A stretch of DNA of 64,000 bases from NCBI GenBank assembly GCA_040954595.2, contig JBECUI020000027.1:372001-436000 (forward strand). Reading direction: 5' to 3'. The translations under genes were made by a program, and so were the position numbers. The stretch is from Balanoglossus misakiensis. Its lineage: Eukaryota > Animalia > Hemichordata. A model generated the notes under the pieces. That model was not told where the DNA came from. It was given only the letters and a program-made list of their open reading frames with translations, and did no database searches. Shown piece by piece: positions 44,004 to 54,555 of the stretch (positions within the stretch are counted from its first letter, which is position 1; every line of letters begins with the position of its first letter).

Positions 44004-47000
44004 AAACGTGCCTGCACTCGCCGTTCAAGTTCTTTAAGAGGGGCGTAGCGGGTATTCTGGAGGTTCTCGTCCAGCAGCTTCCTGATCAAAGCCCATGCCT
44101 GAGGATAATTTGCCTGGGCATAAAATTCCTGGGCCCTGCGGAAGAGTAACTGGTCATTAATAGAAAGAGTGACGACTATGTTCCCTCCTACGCTTCGGGC
44201 TATGTTGTCCTTTAAAGCCGCTGCCTGAATGTTGTTCGGGTTAATCTCCAAAGCCTCATCTAAAAGCTCCCGTACCCGATCAGCAACAAATGCGCCCCGT
44301 GCCTGTTCTACAGCTTCTTCCCAGAGCTGCTGAGATTCCTCCGTCAATGCGGAGCTGCGTTCGAGTTTGATAGGATCAGGAGGGGGATCTTTTAAGCCAA
44401 GAAAAATTTCCAGATCACTTATCAGTCCTATCAGTCCTTCAAGCTCCGGGGCTATTTCTTCCAGAGACTGCAGCTTGGGCAGAGTCTCCCAGGCTCTGTC
44501 TGTTTCCCCTTGGAGAATAATGCCCCGAACTTCGTTGATCAGGGCCCTAGCCTCTTCAGCAAATTTTTCAGGGAAGGTTTCCTTAAGAATTTTCTGTTCC
44601 AAGGTAAGTACTTCGGAGTTGCGCGGAAACACACGTTTAACCTGGGCTATAAATTCCGCAGCAATGTCAAAGGCCTCCATGGATTCTGATTGGTTAGAAG
44701 ATTCTTCGTTGAGTTTCTTACCCACAAGGTAGTATTTCAAGGCAAGGTTCATGTACTGGGACATTTCTGTGTACAAAGGGTTTTCTGTGTTGATTTGACT
44801 CTGAGAAAGAGCTTTTTCGGCATCAAGGAATCGAATTTCTAGTCTATCCAGCTCGGCATTGGCTTCTCCTCTGGTCTTTTCCCAGAATTCCTTGGTGCGG
44901 GAAACCAAGTTGAGTCCCTCTCTGTAGACCCCCTCTTCATAGAGCAGGCGTGCTTCGTTAATGGTGCTTCTCGCCATTTGCACAGCAACCCCTCGCCTGG
45001 AAGTGGTAATGCGAGAAATCAACTCCTCACGTTTTTCTTCAAAACCCGTGGCTCCAGCAATATCTCTGTCGTTCTCGTAAATCTTCAGATAACCAGTTAA
45101 CACATCTTCCAGGGCAGCCAAAGACAGATCAAAGGTAACCAGGGCCTCTTCGTACTTTGCCCCATCCAAGAATTCCAGAGCCTCCTGGTAATAATTCTCG
45201 GCCAGAATAAAGTCGTTTGCCGTTTCGGCCTCTGCTCGCCTGGCAGCTCGTACATAGTTGGAAGCTTTCTGATCGTAACTTGTCAGAACTATCCGTTGCT
45301 TCTTTGTAGCTTCGGCAACCGCTTGAACCCTCTGAAAAGACACATCCTCGTTATTTTTAAAATCGTAACCCCCATAAACGAGTTCCTGGTATTGTTGGAT
45401 CGAGTCCTCAATTTCTTCCTCTGTCCTGTCCAGAATATTTTGACTGGGCAGGATAATCTCATTCAGATATCGTGTAGGATAGCGTTCAGGCGGCTCATTT
45501 CCTGTGTTGTCTCCAGTGGATATTCCCAGATATTCCCGATATTTCTTCTCACTTTCTTCGCCCAGCCCCTGAATGAGAGTCAGGAGTTTCTCATAATCAA
45601 AACCAATGGCCGAATCGAGAAAAAATGTTAGCCTTTTTTCGTAGGCATCTCTAATCTCTGTTGTGTCCTCGGCCAGTCTCGTCTGCAAGGACTGTATCCG
45701 GGGGTCGGCGGTCCCAAGACTTACAGCCTGATTCAATGCATTTTCCATGTCTTTGAGCCAGGTTATTTGTTCAGAAATAAAGGTGCTTGATTCCTCCAAA
45801 CCATCTATGCGTTCCTGCCTGAGGAAAGGGGGAATGGGGGGAAGATCTCTTCCAAGAACTACCAAAACCTGCCAACTTTCCAATTTTTCATCCAATTCGT
45901 TCAGATAGGCGAGCAAAGCGCTGTGGTTTTGTGCAAGTTCAGACTTCTTGTCTTCTTCAACTTCCAGGGCCAAACGATAATCAGCAAGGCGAAGCAGGTT
46001 CTTCATTTCTCTTGAAATGAGAGTCGCTTCACTGTATCCATCAAGGGCACTGTCCCAGGAATTGGTGGCAAAAGCATTTCTTCCCTGGTTCAGTCTGTCT
46101 TCCAGGAGGTCTTCCAGAGCTCCTAGAACTTCTTCAAAAAGGGCGTTCCAACGGGCATCCAGTGAAACAAGTATTCCCTCCGGCTCCAAGACACCCTGAC
46201 GTCCCAGAAGAAAAATATTTATAAAGTAAAGCCAGAAGTCCCCTGGAACCTCATCGAGCCGCTGGTTCAAATCCTGCCAATAAGTCCCTACTTGTTCCTC
46301 TATGTCCAGGACTCTCTGATACAACTCGTCTTCCCGGGAAAATATCTTTTCCATATCAGCAAAAAAGAAAGACCAGTCAGCAGGGGATGAGGAGCCTAAA
46401 AACTCTAACTTCTCTTTAACTTCCAGGTTTGTTTCGTCATAAGAACCCTCCCAAGCCGCCAAGCTGGCATCCAATTCTTGAATCAGATTGGCAATGGGTC
46501 TTCCCAGGCTTAGATAGGCTTGCCGCACCTTGTCCCACCGCTGAGGATCTTTTTCAAACATCAAGGGTACGGCTTTATCTCCTGTGGCATCATCTTCTGC
46601 TAAAAGAACAAAATTCATAAAGGTTTTGCGGTAGAGTTCGAATCCCCTGTGGTAGGAGGCCACGGCCTCAGAGTATTGTCCGGCATAGAGAAATTCGTTC
46701 CCTTCTTCAATAACTTTTACCAATAAAGCTTCATTGATCTTCTTTTCCGCAATAAGCCGAACCAAAGCAAGCAAGTTTCGAGTCCTGCTGTTTGGATCCA
46801 CATCCATTTTTTCCAATAGCAGAATAAGTTCTTGACTTTCCTCAATTCTCCCCTGATCCAGAGCCTCAAGAAGTTGGCTATAAACAGCATCGTATTGAAT
46901 ACGAGAAGCATTGATTTCCTTAATAAGCCTATTAACAACCTCGATGCTTTCTGGATTTTTTTGTCCCAACTCCACAAGAGTCAAAGTGGCTTGGTCCAAA

Positions 47001-47164
47001 TAGCCCTGTTTGATAAGTTCCTCGACCCTCTGTAAAGTTCTTGCAGCCTCCTTCGGAGAAAGGACAGCATCTTCCCCTCCTCTCCCGAAAAGGGATAGGG
47101 GTATACTAAGAAGGAGATAAATGAGTATTAATCGTTTCCCCTTGTGTATGCTTTTAATTATCAC
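44000..47164 (-). CDS. Large helical/TPR-like exported protein (TP0855-like position)
   Basis: 1054 aa ORF, signal peptide, TPR-like helices, ATGA overlap with the SpoIIE gene. Confidence 0.82.
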   Translation of the reverse strand: MIIKSIHKGKRLILIYLLLSIPLSLFGRGGEDAVLSPKEAARTLQRVEELIKQGYLDQATLTLVELGQKNPESIEVVNRLIKEINASRIQYDAVYSQLLEALDQGRIEESQELILLLEKMDVDPNSRTRNLLALVRLIAEKKINEALLVKVIEEGNEFLYAGQYSEAVASYHRGFELYRKTFMNFVLLAEDDATGDKAVPLMFEKDPQRWDKVRQAYLSLGRPIANLIQELDASLAAWEGSYDETNLEVKEKLEFLGSSSPADWSFFFADMEKIFSREDELYQRVLDIEEQVGTYWQDLNQRLDEVPGDFWLYFINIFLLGRQGVLEPEGILVSLDARWNALFEEVLGALEDLLEDRLNQGRNAFATNSWDSALDGYSEATLISREMKNLLRLADYRLALEVEEDKKSELAQNHSALLAYLNELDEKLESWQVLVVLGRDLPPIPPFLRQERIDGLEESSTFISEQITWLKDMENALNQAVSLGTADPRIQSLQTRLAEDTTEIRDAYEKRLTFFLDSAIGFDYEKLLTLIQGLGEESEKKYREYLGISTGDNTGNEPPERYPTRYLNEIILPSQNILDRTEEEIEDSIQQYQELVYGGYDFKNNEDVSFQRVQAVAEATKKQRIVLTSYDQKASNYVRAARRAEAETANDFILAENYYQEALEFLDGAKYEEALVTFDLSLAALEDVLTGYLKIYENDRDIAGATGFEEKREELISRITTSRRGVAVQMARSTINEARLLYEEGVYREGLNLVSRTKEFWEKTRGEANAELDRLEIRFLDAEKALSQSQINTENPLYTEMSQYMNLALKYYLVGKKLNEESSNQSESMEAFDIAAEFIAQVKRVFPRNSEVLTLEQKILKETFPEKFAEEARALINEVRGIILQGETDRAWETLPKLQSLEEIAPELEGLIGLISDLEIFLGLKDPPPDPIKLERSSALTEESQQLWEEAVEQARGAFVADRVRELLDEALEINPNNIQAAALKDNIARSVGGNIVVTLSINDQLLFRRAQEFYAQANYPQAWALIRKLLDENLQNTRYAPLKELERRVQARL

Positions 47165-47341
47165 TTGTAGAAGCTCCGAAGAAAACCACTCAACTTATAC
47201 TAATGTATACCTTATCGACATTTTAACAAGTCGGCTGGATTTCTCCGATAAAGAGTTATGAACCAGAAGAGCAAAAAACGTGCATACTTTAAATTTCTAG
47301 ACCTGTTTTGGTAGAGTTCACAAAGTCTGGGGGTTATAATC

Positions 47342-48601
47342 ATGGTTGTGTCTAAATTTTTTTTGATTCTCATATTCCTCTTCTTTCTTTCCTTCCCGCT
47401 CCTCGGAGATAGTAACGATACCTATAACGATATCAGCACTTGGTTCGGGGTCGATCCCAATGCTGGACAAAATTCCTTTTTAATTCTCCTAACTCCTCCT
47501 GGAGGCAAATACGAAGGTCTGGCCTCGACCTATACGGCCATGGCCCTCGATGGAGGTTATCTGGAAGCTAATCCGGCCTCAGGTGCCCTGCTTCCCCAAC
47601 GGGAGCTAGCCTTTACCCATAACGACTGGATAGCCGACTCCGCCTTGGAAACGGCTTATTACACTTTTCGTCCCAAACAACTTCAGAACATGGGATTGGG
47701 ATTTTCCATGAAGTTCTTTCATGTCCCCTTTACCGCCTACAATGCCTGGGGCGAGCGTAATGTTGATGGAGGAAGCAGGAGCAACGCCGCAGGTTGGTAC
47801 ATTGAATCCATCGGTACAGCTAACATCTCCTATAATTTTTTTAATGATTATTATTTCAGCGGCCTTGCCGTCGGAGCCAGCATCAAGGTCGGTTACAGAG
47901 GAGTCTCCGCCACTCTGGAGGCAGGACAGAATTCCGTCGCCCTCATGGGCGATATAGGGCTCATGACCAGGTTCAATCTGCTCAAAGGCTACCTTTCCCA
48001 GGAAAAGAATTTTTCTGTAGGAGTTGCTGTTCAAAATTTGGGAAGTGAATTCATAGAAGAACCCGATCCCCTCCCTTCGCTTTTAAGGGCAGGCTTTGTC
48101 TACAAACCGCTCTCCTTTCTTTCTATAGCGGCAGATCTTCACATTCCTTTTAATCTGGATGGTTCTACCAGCGAACTTCCCTATGGCAGCCTGGGCTTCG
48201 ATGTCGTAGCCGCCAGCTTTCTTTCGTTCCACGGGGGAGCTATGCTCAAGGCTGGAAAGCCGAGATTCGCCCTGGGAGTCAATATAAACTTCAAAGACTT
48301 TGCTCTGATTAGTAACTACACCTTTGACCTGGCCACCCAATTTTCCTTTCTTGACCGCGTGAGTATGGGGATTAAATTTAACCTGGGTGCTCCCTCCATT
48401 CTGCTGATTCAGAAAAAAGTTGAAACATACTACCTGGAAGGACTGCAGTACTACGCTGAGGGAGAACTGGAACAGGCTGCAAACAAATGGGAGATGTGTC
48501 TTTCACTCGATCCCAAATTCAATCCCGCCAAGGAAATGCTCAGCACGGTTCAACGGACCATAGAACTCAGGGAGTTAACCAGGAAGCTCTTGGAGCTGTA
48601 G
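47342..48601 (+). CDS. UPF0164 family (Treponema FadL-like outer membrane protein) with C-terminal TPR
   Basis: LLTPPGGKYEGLASTYTAMALDGGYLEANPASGA, FTHNDWIADS; C-terminal YYLEGLQYYAEG...W...LDPKFNPA. Confidence 0.85.
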   Translation: MVVSKFFLILIFLFFLSFPLLGDSNDTYNDISTWFGVDPNAGQNSFLILLTPPGGKYEGLASTYTAMALDGGYLEANPASGALLPQRELAFTHNDWIADSALETAYYTFRPKQLQNMGLGFSMKFFHVPFTAYNAWGERNVDGGSRSNAAGWYIESIGTANISYNFFNDYYFSGLAVGASIKVGYRGVSATLEAGQNSVALMGDIGLMTRFNLLKGYLSQEKNFSVGVAVQNLGSEFIEEPDPLPSLLRAGFVYKPLSFLSIAADLHIPFNLDGSTSELPYGSLGFDVVAASFLSFHGGAMLKAGKPRFALGVNINFKDFALISNYTFDLATQFSFLDRVSMGIKFNLGAPSILLIQKKVETYYLEGLQYYAEGELEQAANKWEMCLSLDPKFNPAKEMLSTVQRTIELRELTRKLLEL

Positions 48602-49360
48602 CTAGACTTTTAACGATTCATGCAGAACAAAGAGAGGGAAATCTCCAACGGTCCGAGCTAGAAACTCCATGGACAATTCGGGGTCCTCAGGGGATTTCTT
48701 TCTCCAGGACTTCAGCAGTGCCTGGCCTTTACGCAGCTTCTTCCGCCCCAGGGCCATGGCTGTGTCCTGCCATAAGAGACGAAGTTCTCCCGTACTGGCA
48801 ATAGAAGGGATAAAAATAAGACGCCCTTCCAGCAGTTCAGTAAGGAGAAAGCGCCGGGAGCCATCTTCCAAAGATTCCAAAAAGAGTTCCACTTCAACAA
48901 GAAGGTCGTTTTTTGTAAATTGGATTTGGTCTACCAGCACCGTTCCTTCCGCCTGAGCCCGCAAAGTCCGCGGACTCTCCTTATTGCGCCGGCGAAGCCA
49001 AACCCACATTCCGCCTGCAGCTACAAGGGAAAGAACAATTTCATCCACTAAGGGAAGGGGATCTCTTATCACGTAGGAGAAGAAAAAGTACCCAAAAAGA
49101 AAGACCACACTGGAAAACAGAAATCTTAAGGGAAACTGTCTGTCAATTTCGTGAATTTCCACAGCCTTCCTCACCAGAGCATAAAGCTCCGATTTTAATT
49201 TACTCAATACCCCAGGCTCCGGTTCAGCTCCGTAACATCCATGAACCTCTCCCTTCTCCATGGCCAGCAGAAAAGAAGTCGGTTCATCCAACCTGTAAAT
49301 AAATTGAACACCATGATTTCTCCTGATGAGCCATACCCTAAAAGGAAATCCCATTCCCAC
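48602..49360 (-). CDS. Hypothetical membrane protein
   Basis: 252 aa ORF with two TM segments around DPLPLVDE; start uncertain. Confidence 0.7.
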   Translation of the reverse strand: MGMGFPFRVWLIRRNHGVQFIYRLDEPTSFLLAMEKGEVHGCYGAEPEPGVLSKLKSELYALVRKAVEIHEIDRQFPLRFLFSSVVFLFGYFFFSYVIRDPLPLVDEIVLSLVAAGGMWVWLRRRNKESPRTLRAQAEGTVLVDQIQFTKNDLLVEVELFLESLEDGSRRFLLTELLEGRLIFIPSIASTGELRLLWQDTAMALGRKKLRKGQALLKSWRKKSPEDPELSMEFLARTVGDFPLFVLHESLKV

Positions 49361-49414
49361 CCCTTACATAGAACTATAAACTATGGAGTTAAGGATAACA
49401 GAATAAGAAGTTTT

Positions 49415-50725
49415 ATGAAAAGCGATGAGGAAATTCTACACCAGTATATTAACCGCCTGGAACTATGGCACAACAAGGTAGCTCCTCCAAGCGAAGAAGA
49501 ACTGCGGAAGTTAGATGAAGAAATTCCCCTTACGATAAAGGGAAAAAAGAAACTGGAATCCCTGGCATACAACCACATTGTCCGAGCTCACCAGGCCCTG
49601 AAGACAAGGCAGTATGCCCTGGCCCTTGCAGAAATTAACCGGGCGGTGCTGCTTAAACCCCGAGACCCCGCTATACGTCTGGAATTGGCAGACGTCTACC
49701 TTCAGAGATCTCTGGACCGAGGCCATAACCAAAAGGATCGCCGATTGGCATTACTTATTGCCGAGGCAGCTTTGGAAATTCAGCCTCGTTACCCCGAGGC
49801 AGTCCGATTTATCCAAGATTACCAAAAAATCTTTAGCATCATTAAAAAGGTCAGGAAAAAACCCCGTTGGCTTATCTTTTTTCTGTTCATTGTGTTGATT
49901 GTTCTTTTGGGCTTCCTGTTCCGCAACACTTGGCGGGAGTTCTTCTTTCCTGTTGTCGGCAGAACTCTGCCAACAGAGGAAACAATCCCCTTGCCCCCCA
50001 TCCTTCCTATACGGGAAGTTCCCACCAAACAGGACTCTCTTGCCGGCACAGGGCTGGAGGTCAATGGCATTTCTGCAGCCGTGGGAAGACGCATGGATGG
50101 TTCCTGGGTGGCCATCCAAGGACGTTTAACCCTTAGGAAACAAACCATGCAAGAAATTGTTTTGGAAGTCAGAGGCCGGGATAATGAAGGCTCGCTAGTG
50201 TTTTCATTTCCTTGGACGGTGCAGGAAATAGGGGATCCCCTTCTAAGAACCGGAGATACCCAGGCTCTGAACCTGTTCCGGTGGCTTGCCATAAGTGAAA
50301 GGAACATCACCCAACTGGAAATTCTTCCCCGTAACCTTGTTCAAGGCGACGGCAGTCCTCCCCCTCTGTATCCCGAAGGACGGATTGTCTGGGAAACTCC
50401 CCGTCCCGAAGGCGTCAGTTTGGCCATAGAAGTTCGAGAATTCCACATTACAGAAGCCTACGACAGGCAGGTTCTAAGGCTGGAATTGGGCCTGGAAAAT
50501 ACGGGAATTAAAGCCCTGGAATCCCTCGAGACCATAATCTCGCTAAGTTCCGACACCCTCCAAAGCCCCTGGATCCCCCTGGATGGCCAGGGAGCATCCC
50601 TGGCCCCCCAGGAAATCAGACGATACAAGGTCCTTCTTTCTATAGGACTAGATAAAATATTCAACAAAGAGGACCTAAGCATCTTGATGACCAGAGTCAC
50701 CCCTGCTCTGGAGGCCACCCATTAA
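49415..50725 (+). CDS. TPR-containing single-pass membrane protein
   Basis: TPR-like helices and a central TM segment; ATG 49415 chosen to avoid overlap with the divergent gene. Confidence 0.75.
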   Translation: MKSDEEILHQYINRLELWHNKVAPPSEEELRKLDEEIPLTIKGKKKLESLAYNHIVRAHQALKTRQYALALAEINRAVLLKPRDPAIRLELADVYLQRSLDRGHNQKDRRLALLIAEAALEIQPRYPEAVRFIQDYQKIFSIIKKVRKKPRWLIFFLFIVLIVLLGFLFRNTWREFFFPVVGRTLPTEETIPLPPILPIREVPTKQDSLAGTGLEVNGISAAVGRRMDGSWVAIQGRLTLRKQTMQEIVLEVRGRDNEGSLVFSFPWTVQEIGDPLLRTGDTQALNLFRWLAISERNITQLEILPRNLVQGDGSPPPLYPEGRIVWETPRPEGVSLAIEVREFHITEAYDRQVLRLELGLENTGIKALESLETIISLSSDTLQSPWIPLDGQGASLAPQEIRRYKVLLSIGLDKIFNKEDLSILMTRVTPALEATH

Positions 50726-51094
50726 ATTCCGGGAAAGGAACTTATTGCCAAGCTGAGAACCCAAGCCCAACAATCCCCCGAGCATAAAAGTGGGAGGACA
50801 TACACATTTTGACCTATTTCACAAAGAATCACCCTCTTCCCTATATACCAATAATTTATTGACTTTCTTCCAGCCCCCCCCTCCCCAAAAGCCAAACCAC
50901 ACACCCAAGAGAAGAAAATATTCCCATAACTTGTGATTTCTTAGCAAGAGTGATAAACTTATAAAAAATAAGCTATGCGCTGTAATAACTCAAACGCCTT
51001 TAAAAAACCTTGAGCCATAGTACGGACTTGACAAAAAAGCATCACAGCTCTATTGATTGTCAATCAAATTTAATTGTATAAGGAGAGCAAGCAT

Positions 51095-53705
51095 ATGAAT
51101 GTATCTATCAACTCACTCACTCACTCACTCACTCACTCACTCACTCACTCACTCACTCACTCACTCACTCACCCAACCACTTCCCCGCGTAAGAGATCAA
51201 AGAAAAACCTTAGCTAAAGCTAAACAACTCCTCCTTTTCCCCCTCGTTTTTTACATCTTAACTTCCTGTGCTAATCCTACTGCTCCTACCTTTGAAGCGC
51301 TTAGCTACCGGGACGAAGGCAGGGAAATCACCATTACTGGCCTGGCAACACGAGACAACAGCAGCTTAAGCATACCCCCTTTCATTCATAACAAGCCCGT
51401 CACGGCCATTGCCAAGGCAGCCTTTAAAAATTCATCCCTCAGCAGCGTGAGTATTCCAGACAGCGTAATTACCATAGGAGACGAAGCTTTCAACGCATCG
51501 GCTTCCTTAAGCGAAGTGCATCTAGGAAACGGTATTAGCTCCATAGGCAGCCTGGCCTTCGCCGGGACGGCTCTGAACAAGCTCACCGTCCTGGCCCCAT
51601 CGGCCCCCAGCGTTGCAGGCAGTCCCGCTGAAGCCTTCCCCGCCTCTCTAACAGAAATCACCCTGAACTACCCCATCGGAGCCGAGGGCTATTCCGAAGC
51701 CCCTTGGAGCGGCTTCGGCACACTTAAAGCGGTCCTAGACCCCGCTGTCATTGAAAATGTAGTCCAGGATTATCAAAGCCTTATCATCAGCCTCAAAGCC
51801 CTACCCGGCGTCACCATCACCGTAGAAGCCCACACCGAGGCCACCTTCTCAGGCGAAGCCGCTGCAAGGGCAGACTCTGACCCGACGGCTACAGCAGTCC
51901 AGGAGATAAGCTTGACTGGCCTGATTAACGGTAGCACCTATCACCTGCGGGCCAAAGGAGACCAGGTCTCCCCTGCAAAGACAAGCGAATGGATAGAACT
52001 TCCCACTTCCTACTCTCCCCGCGGCATCGTCATTATTGATGCCACCCCCAGTTCGGGAAAAATCACGGTTGACGTTGGAGCTTCTGAAGGGATGGAAGCA
52101 AAACTCCAGGCATTCACCGACCAGGATTTTAGCATCATGGCCAAAGAAGCCTCCCTTATAGGTAAGCTCGACTCTCAAACAGTGGAAATAGACGGACTCA
52201 GCAAGGAAACCACCTACTACCTGCGGGCCCTGCTCACTGACGGCAGTGCTGAGCACCGCTATTCCACCCCCCTCATCCCTACCACCGACGGCAAGCAGTA
52301 CATCCACCGCCTGAGCGAACTGGCCAAAATCGGAGTGGATACGGAAAACTACCCCGATAACTGGAACTACGAGTTAAAAATTAACCTCAACTTTGCCGAC
52401 GCCAACAACGACGGGGTTATGGATGACCCCTTTGACAGCGACGACAATGCCGATAACGGTAACTGGACACCTCTTACTCCTGGGGTTTATAGCGATACTG
52501 GAGCCTACCAAAGCGGTGGGTATGAGGGGAGCTTTGACGGTATGAACCACAGCATTGAGGGAATGATTATCACGACCCCTGAAGAGAATCGAGTCGGTTT
52601 ATTTGAGGTCGTTGCTGCCAAAGGGAAAATCGAGAATCTGGGGCTGCTGGGGGGCTCTGTCTTGGGGAATGCTAACGTAGGTACTTTGGTCGGTTATAGC
52701 CGAGGTACCATAAGCGGAAGCTATGCCACTGGAGATGTCTCGGGGCAGGGTTTTTTTGTGGGTGGCTTGCTTGGGTATAGTACTGGCAGCATAGCAGACA
52801 GCTATGCTACCGGGGCAGTTACGGGGCAGGGCGACTATGTGGGTGGTTTGGTTGGAGATACGAGAGGACCCATAACAACAGGAAGCTATGCCACCGGTAA
52901 TGTCTCGGGGCAGGGCCAAAATGTTGGTGGTTTGCTTGGGTTCAGCTCAGCTCTCATAACAAACAGCCATGCCACTGGGGATGTCTCGGGGCAGGGTCAC
53001 AATGTGGGTGGTTTGGTTGGAAACAGCACAAAGAATATAATAGGCAGCTATGCCACCGGGGATGTCTCGGGGGGGCAGGACCGGGTGGGTGGCTTGGTTG
53101 GGGATGTTTCTGGTGGTACCATAACGAATAATTATGCCACTGGGTCGGTCACGGGGAGGTCTAACCTTGGCGGCTTGGTCGGACAATTGTGGACAGATAC
53201 GAATAATCCCATAAGGGGTAGCTATGCCACTGGGTCAGTCACGGGGACGAGTGCCCTTGGCGGCTTGGTCGGTTCGGTCTTTGCTGGTCCCATAACGAAC
53301 AGCTATGCCACCGGAGATGTCTCGGGGGAACGATCCGTAGGTGGCCTGGTCGGAGATAGCAGTGCTACCATAACAAACAGTTATGCCACCGGAGCTGTCT
53401 CGGCAACCATGGAGAACATTGGGAGGTTGCTAGGAAGACCGTCTCAAGATACCATAAGGAACAGCTACTACTATGACAACCAGACCATCACCCCCCCTGA
53501 CAACGTCACTCCCAACACCGAAGGCAGCGCCGTAACCCTGGAACAACTAAAAACCTCAACCTGGTACACCGGAACCGACACGGACAATCTAGGCTGGTCC
53601 AACGATGCTTGGATCATCGACGGCCGGGTCAACGGTACTACCCCCTTCCACCCCCACATCAAAAACCTTCCAGACCAGCCCGACATCCCCCTTCCAACAC
53701 TCTAA
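51095..53705 (+). CDS. Phase-variable LRR(BspA)/FN3-like/GLUG-repeat lipoprotein 1 ((ACTC)15 at 51111-51170)
   Basis: Lipobox LTSC; VSIPDSVITIGDEAF; many SYATGxVSG...VGGLVG repeats. In frame from ATG 51099, out of frame from the overlapping ATG 51095. Confidence 0.9.
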
Positions 53706-53707
53706 CC

Positions 53708-54345
53708 ATACCCCCCCCTGCATTTTCGGGGGGGGGGATGCTACCAAGCAAATCCCACACCAGCCCCCCCCTCCCCTGCATTTTCTGGGGGGGGGGATGC
53801 TACCAAGCAAGTCCCACACCAGCCCCCCCTCCCCTGCATTTTCTGGGGGGGGGATGCTACCAAGCAAGTCCCACACCATCCCCCCCCCTCCCCTGCATTT
53901 TCTGGGGGGGGGGATGCTACCAAGCAAGTCCCACACCAGCCCCCCCTTCCCTGCATTTTCTGGGGGGGGGGATGCTACCAAGCAAGTCCCACACCAGCCC
54001 CCCCTTCCCTGCATTTTCGGGGGGGGGCTACCAAGCAAGTCCCACACCAGCCCCCCCTTCCCTGCATTTTCTGGGGGGGGGATGCTACCAAGCAAATCCC
54101 ACACCAGCCCCCCCTTCCCTGCATTTTCTGGGGGGGGGATGCTACCAAGCAAATCCCACACCAGCCCCCCCTTCCCTGCATTTTCGGGGGGGGGATGCTA
54201 CCAAGCAAGTCCCACACCAGCCCCCCCTCCCCTGCATTTTCGGGGGGGGGGGGGGTGCTACCAAGCAAATCTCACACCAGCCCCCCCTCCCCTGCATTTT
54301 CTGGGGGGGGGATGCTACCAAGCAAGTCCCACACCAGTCCCCCTC
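53708..54345 (+). repeat. About 11 tandem ~57-60 bp repeats with poly-C/poly-G arms
   Basis: Unit CCAGCCCCCCCTCCCCTGCATTTTCTGGGGGGGGGATGCTACCAAGCAAGTCCCACA; GCTACCAAGCAA counted 11 times; one degenerate copy at ~61415-61466. Confidence 0.92.
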
Positions 54346-54489
54346 CCCAAAAGCCAAACCACACACCCAAGAGAAGAAAATATTCCCATAACTTGTGATT
54401 TCTTAGCAAGAGTGATAAACTTATAAAAAATAAGCTATGCGCTGTAATAACTCAAACGCCTTTAAAAAGCCTTGAGCCATAGTACGGAC

Positions 54490-54518
54490 TTGACAAAAAA
54501 GCATCACAGCTCTACTAT
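54490..54518 (+). promoter_or_regulatory. Sigma70 promoter of GLUG lipoprotein 2 (counterparts at 51028-51056 and 58428-58456)
   Basis: TTGACA-17 nt-TACTAT; gene 1 has TATTGA and gene 3 has TAAGTT at the -10 position. Confidence 0.7.
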
Positions 54519-54555
54519 TGTCAATCAAATTTAATTGTATAAGGAGATCAAGCAT

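Noticed and set aside
53589-54426. Pro/Gly-rich ORFs across the tandem repeat
   Set aside because: Artefacts of a stop-poor repeat with variable homopolymer lengths, open on both strands.
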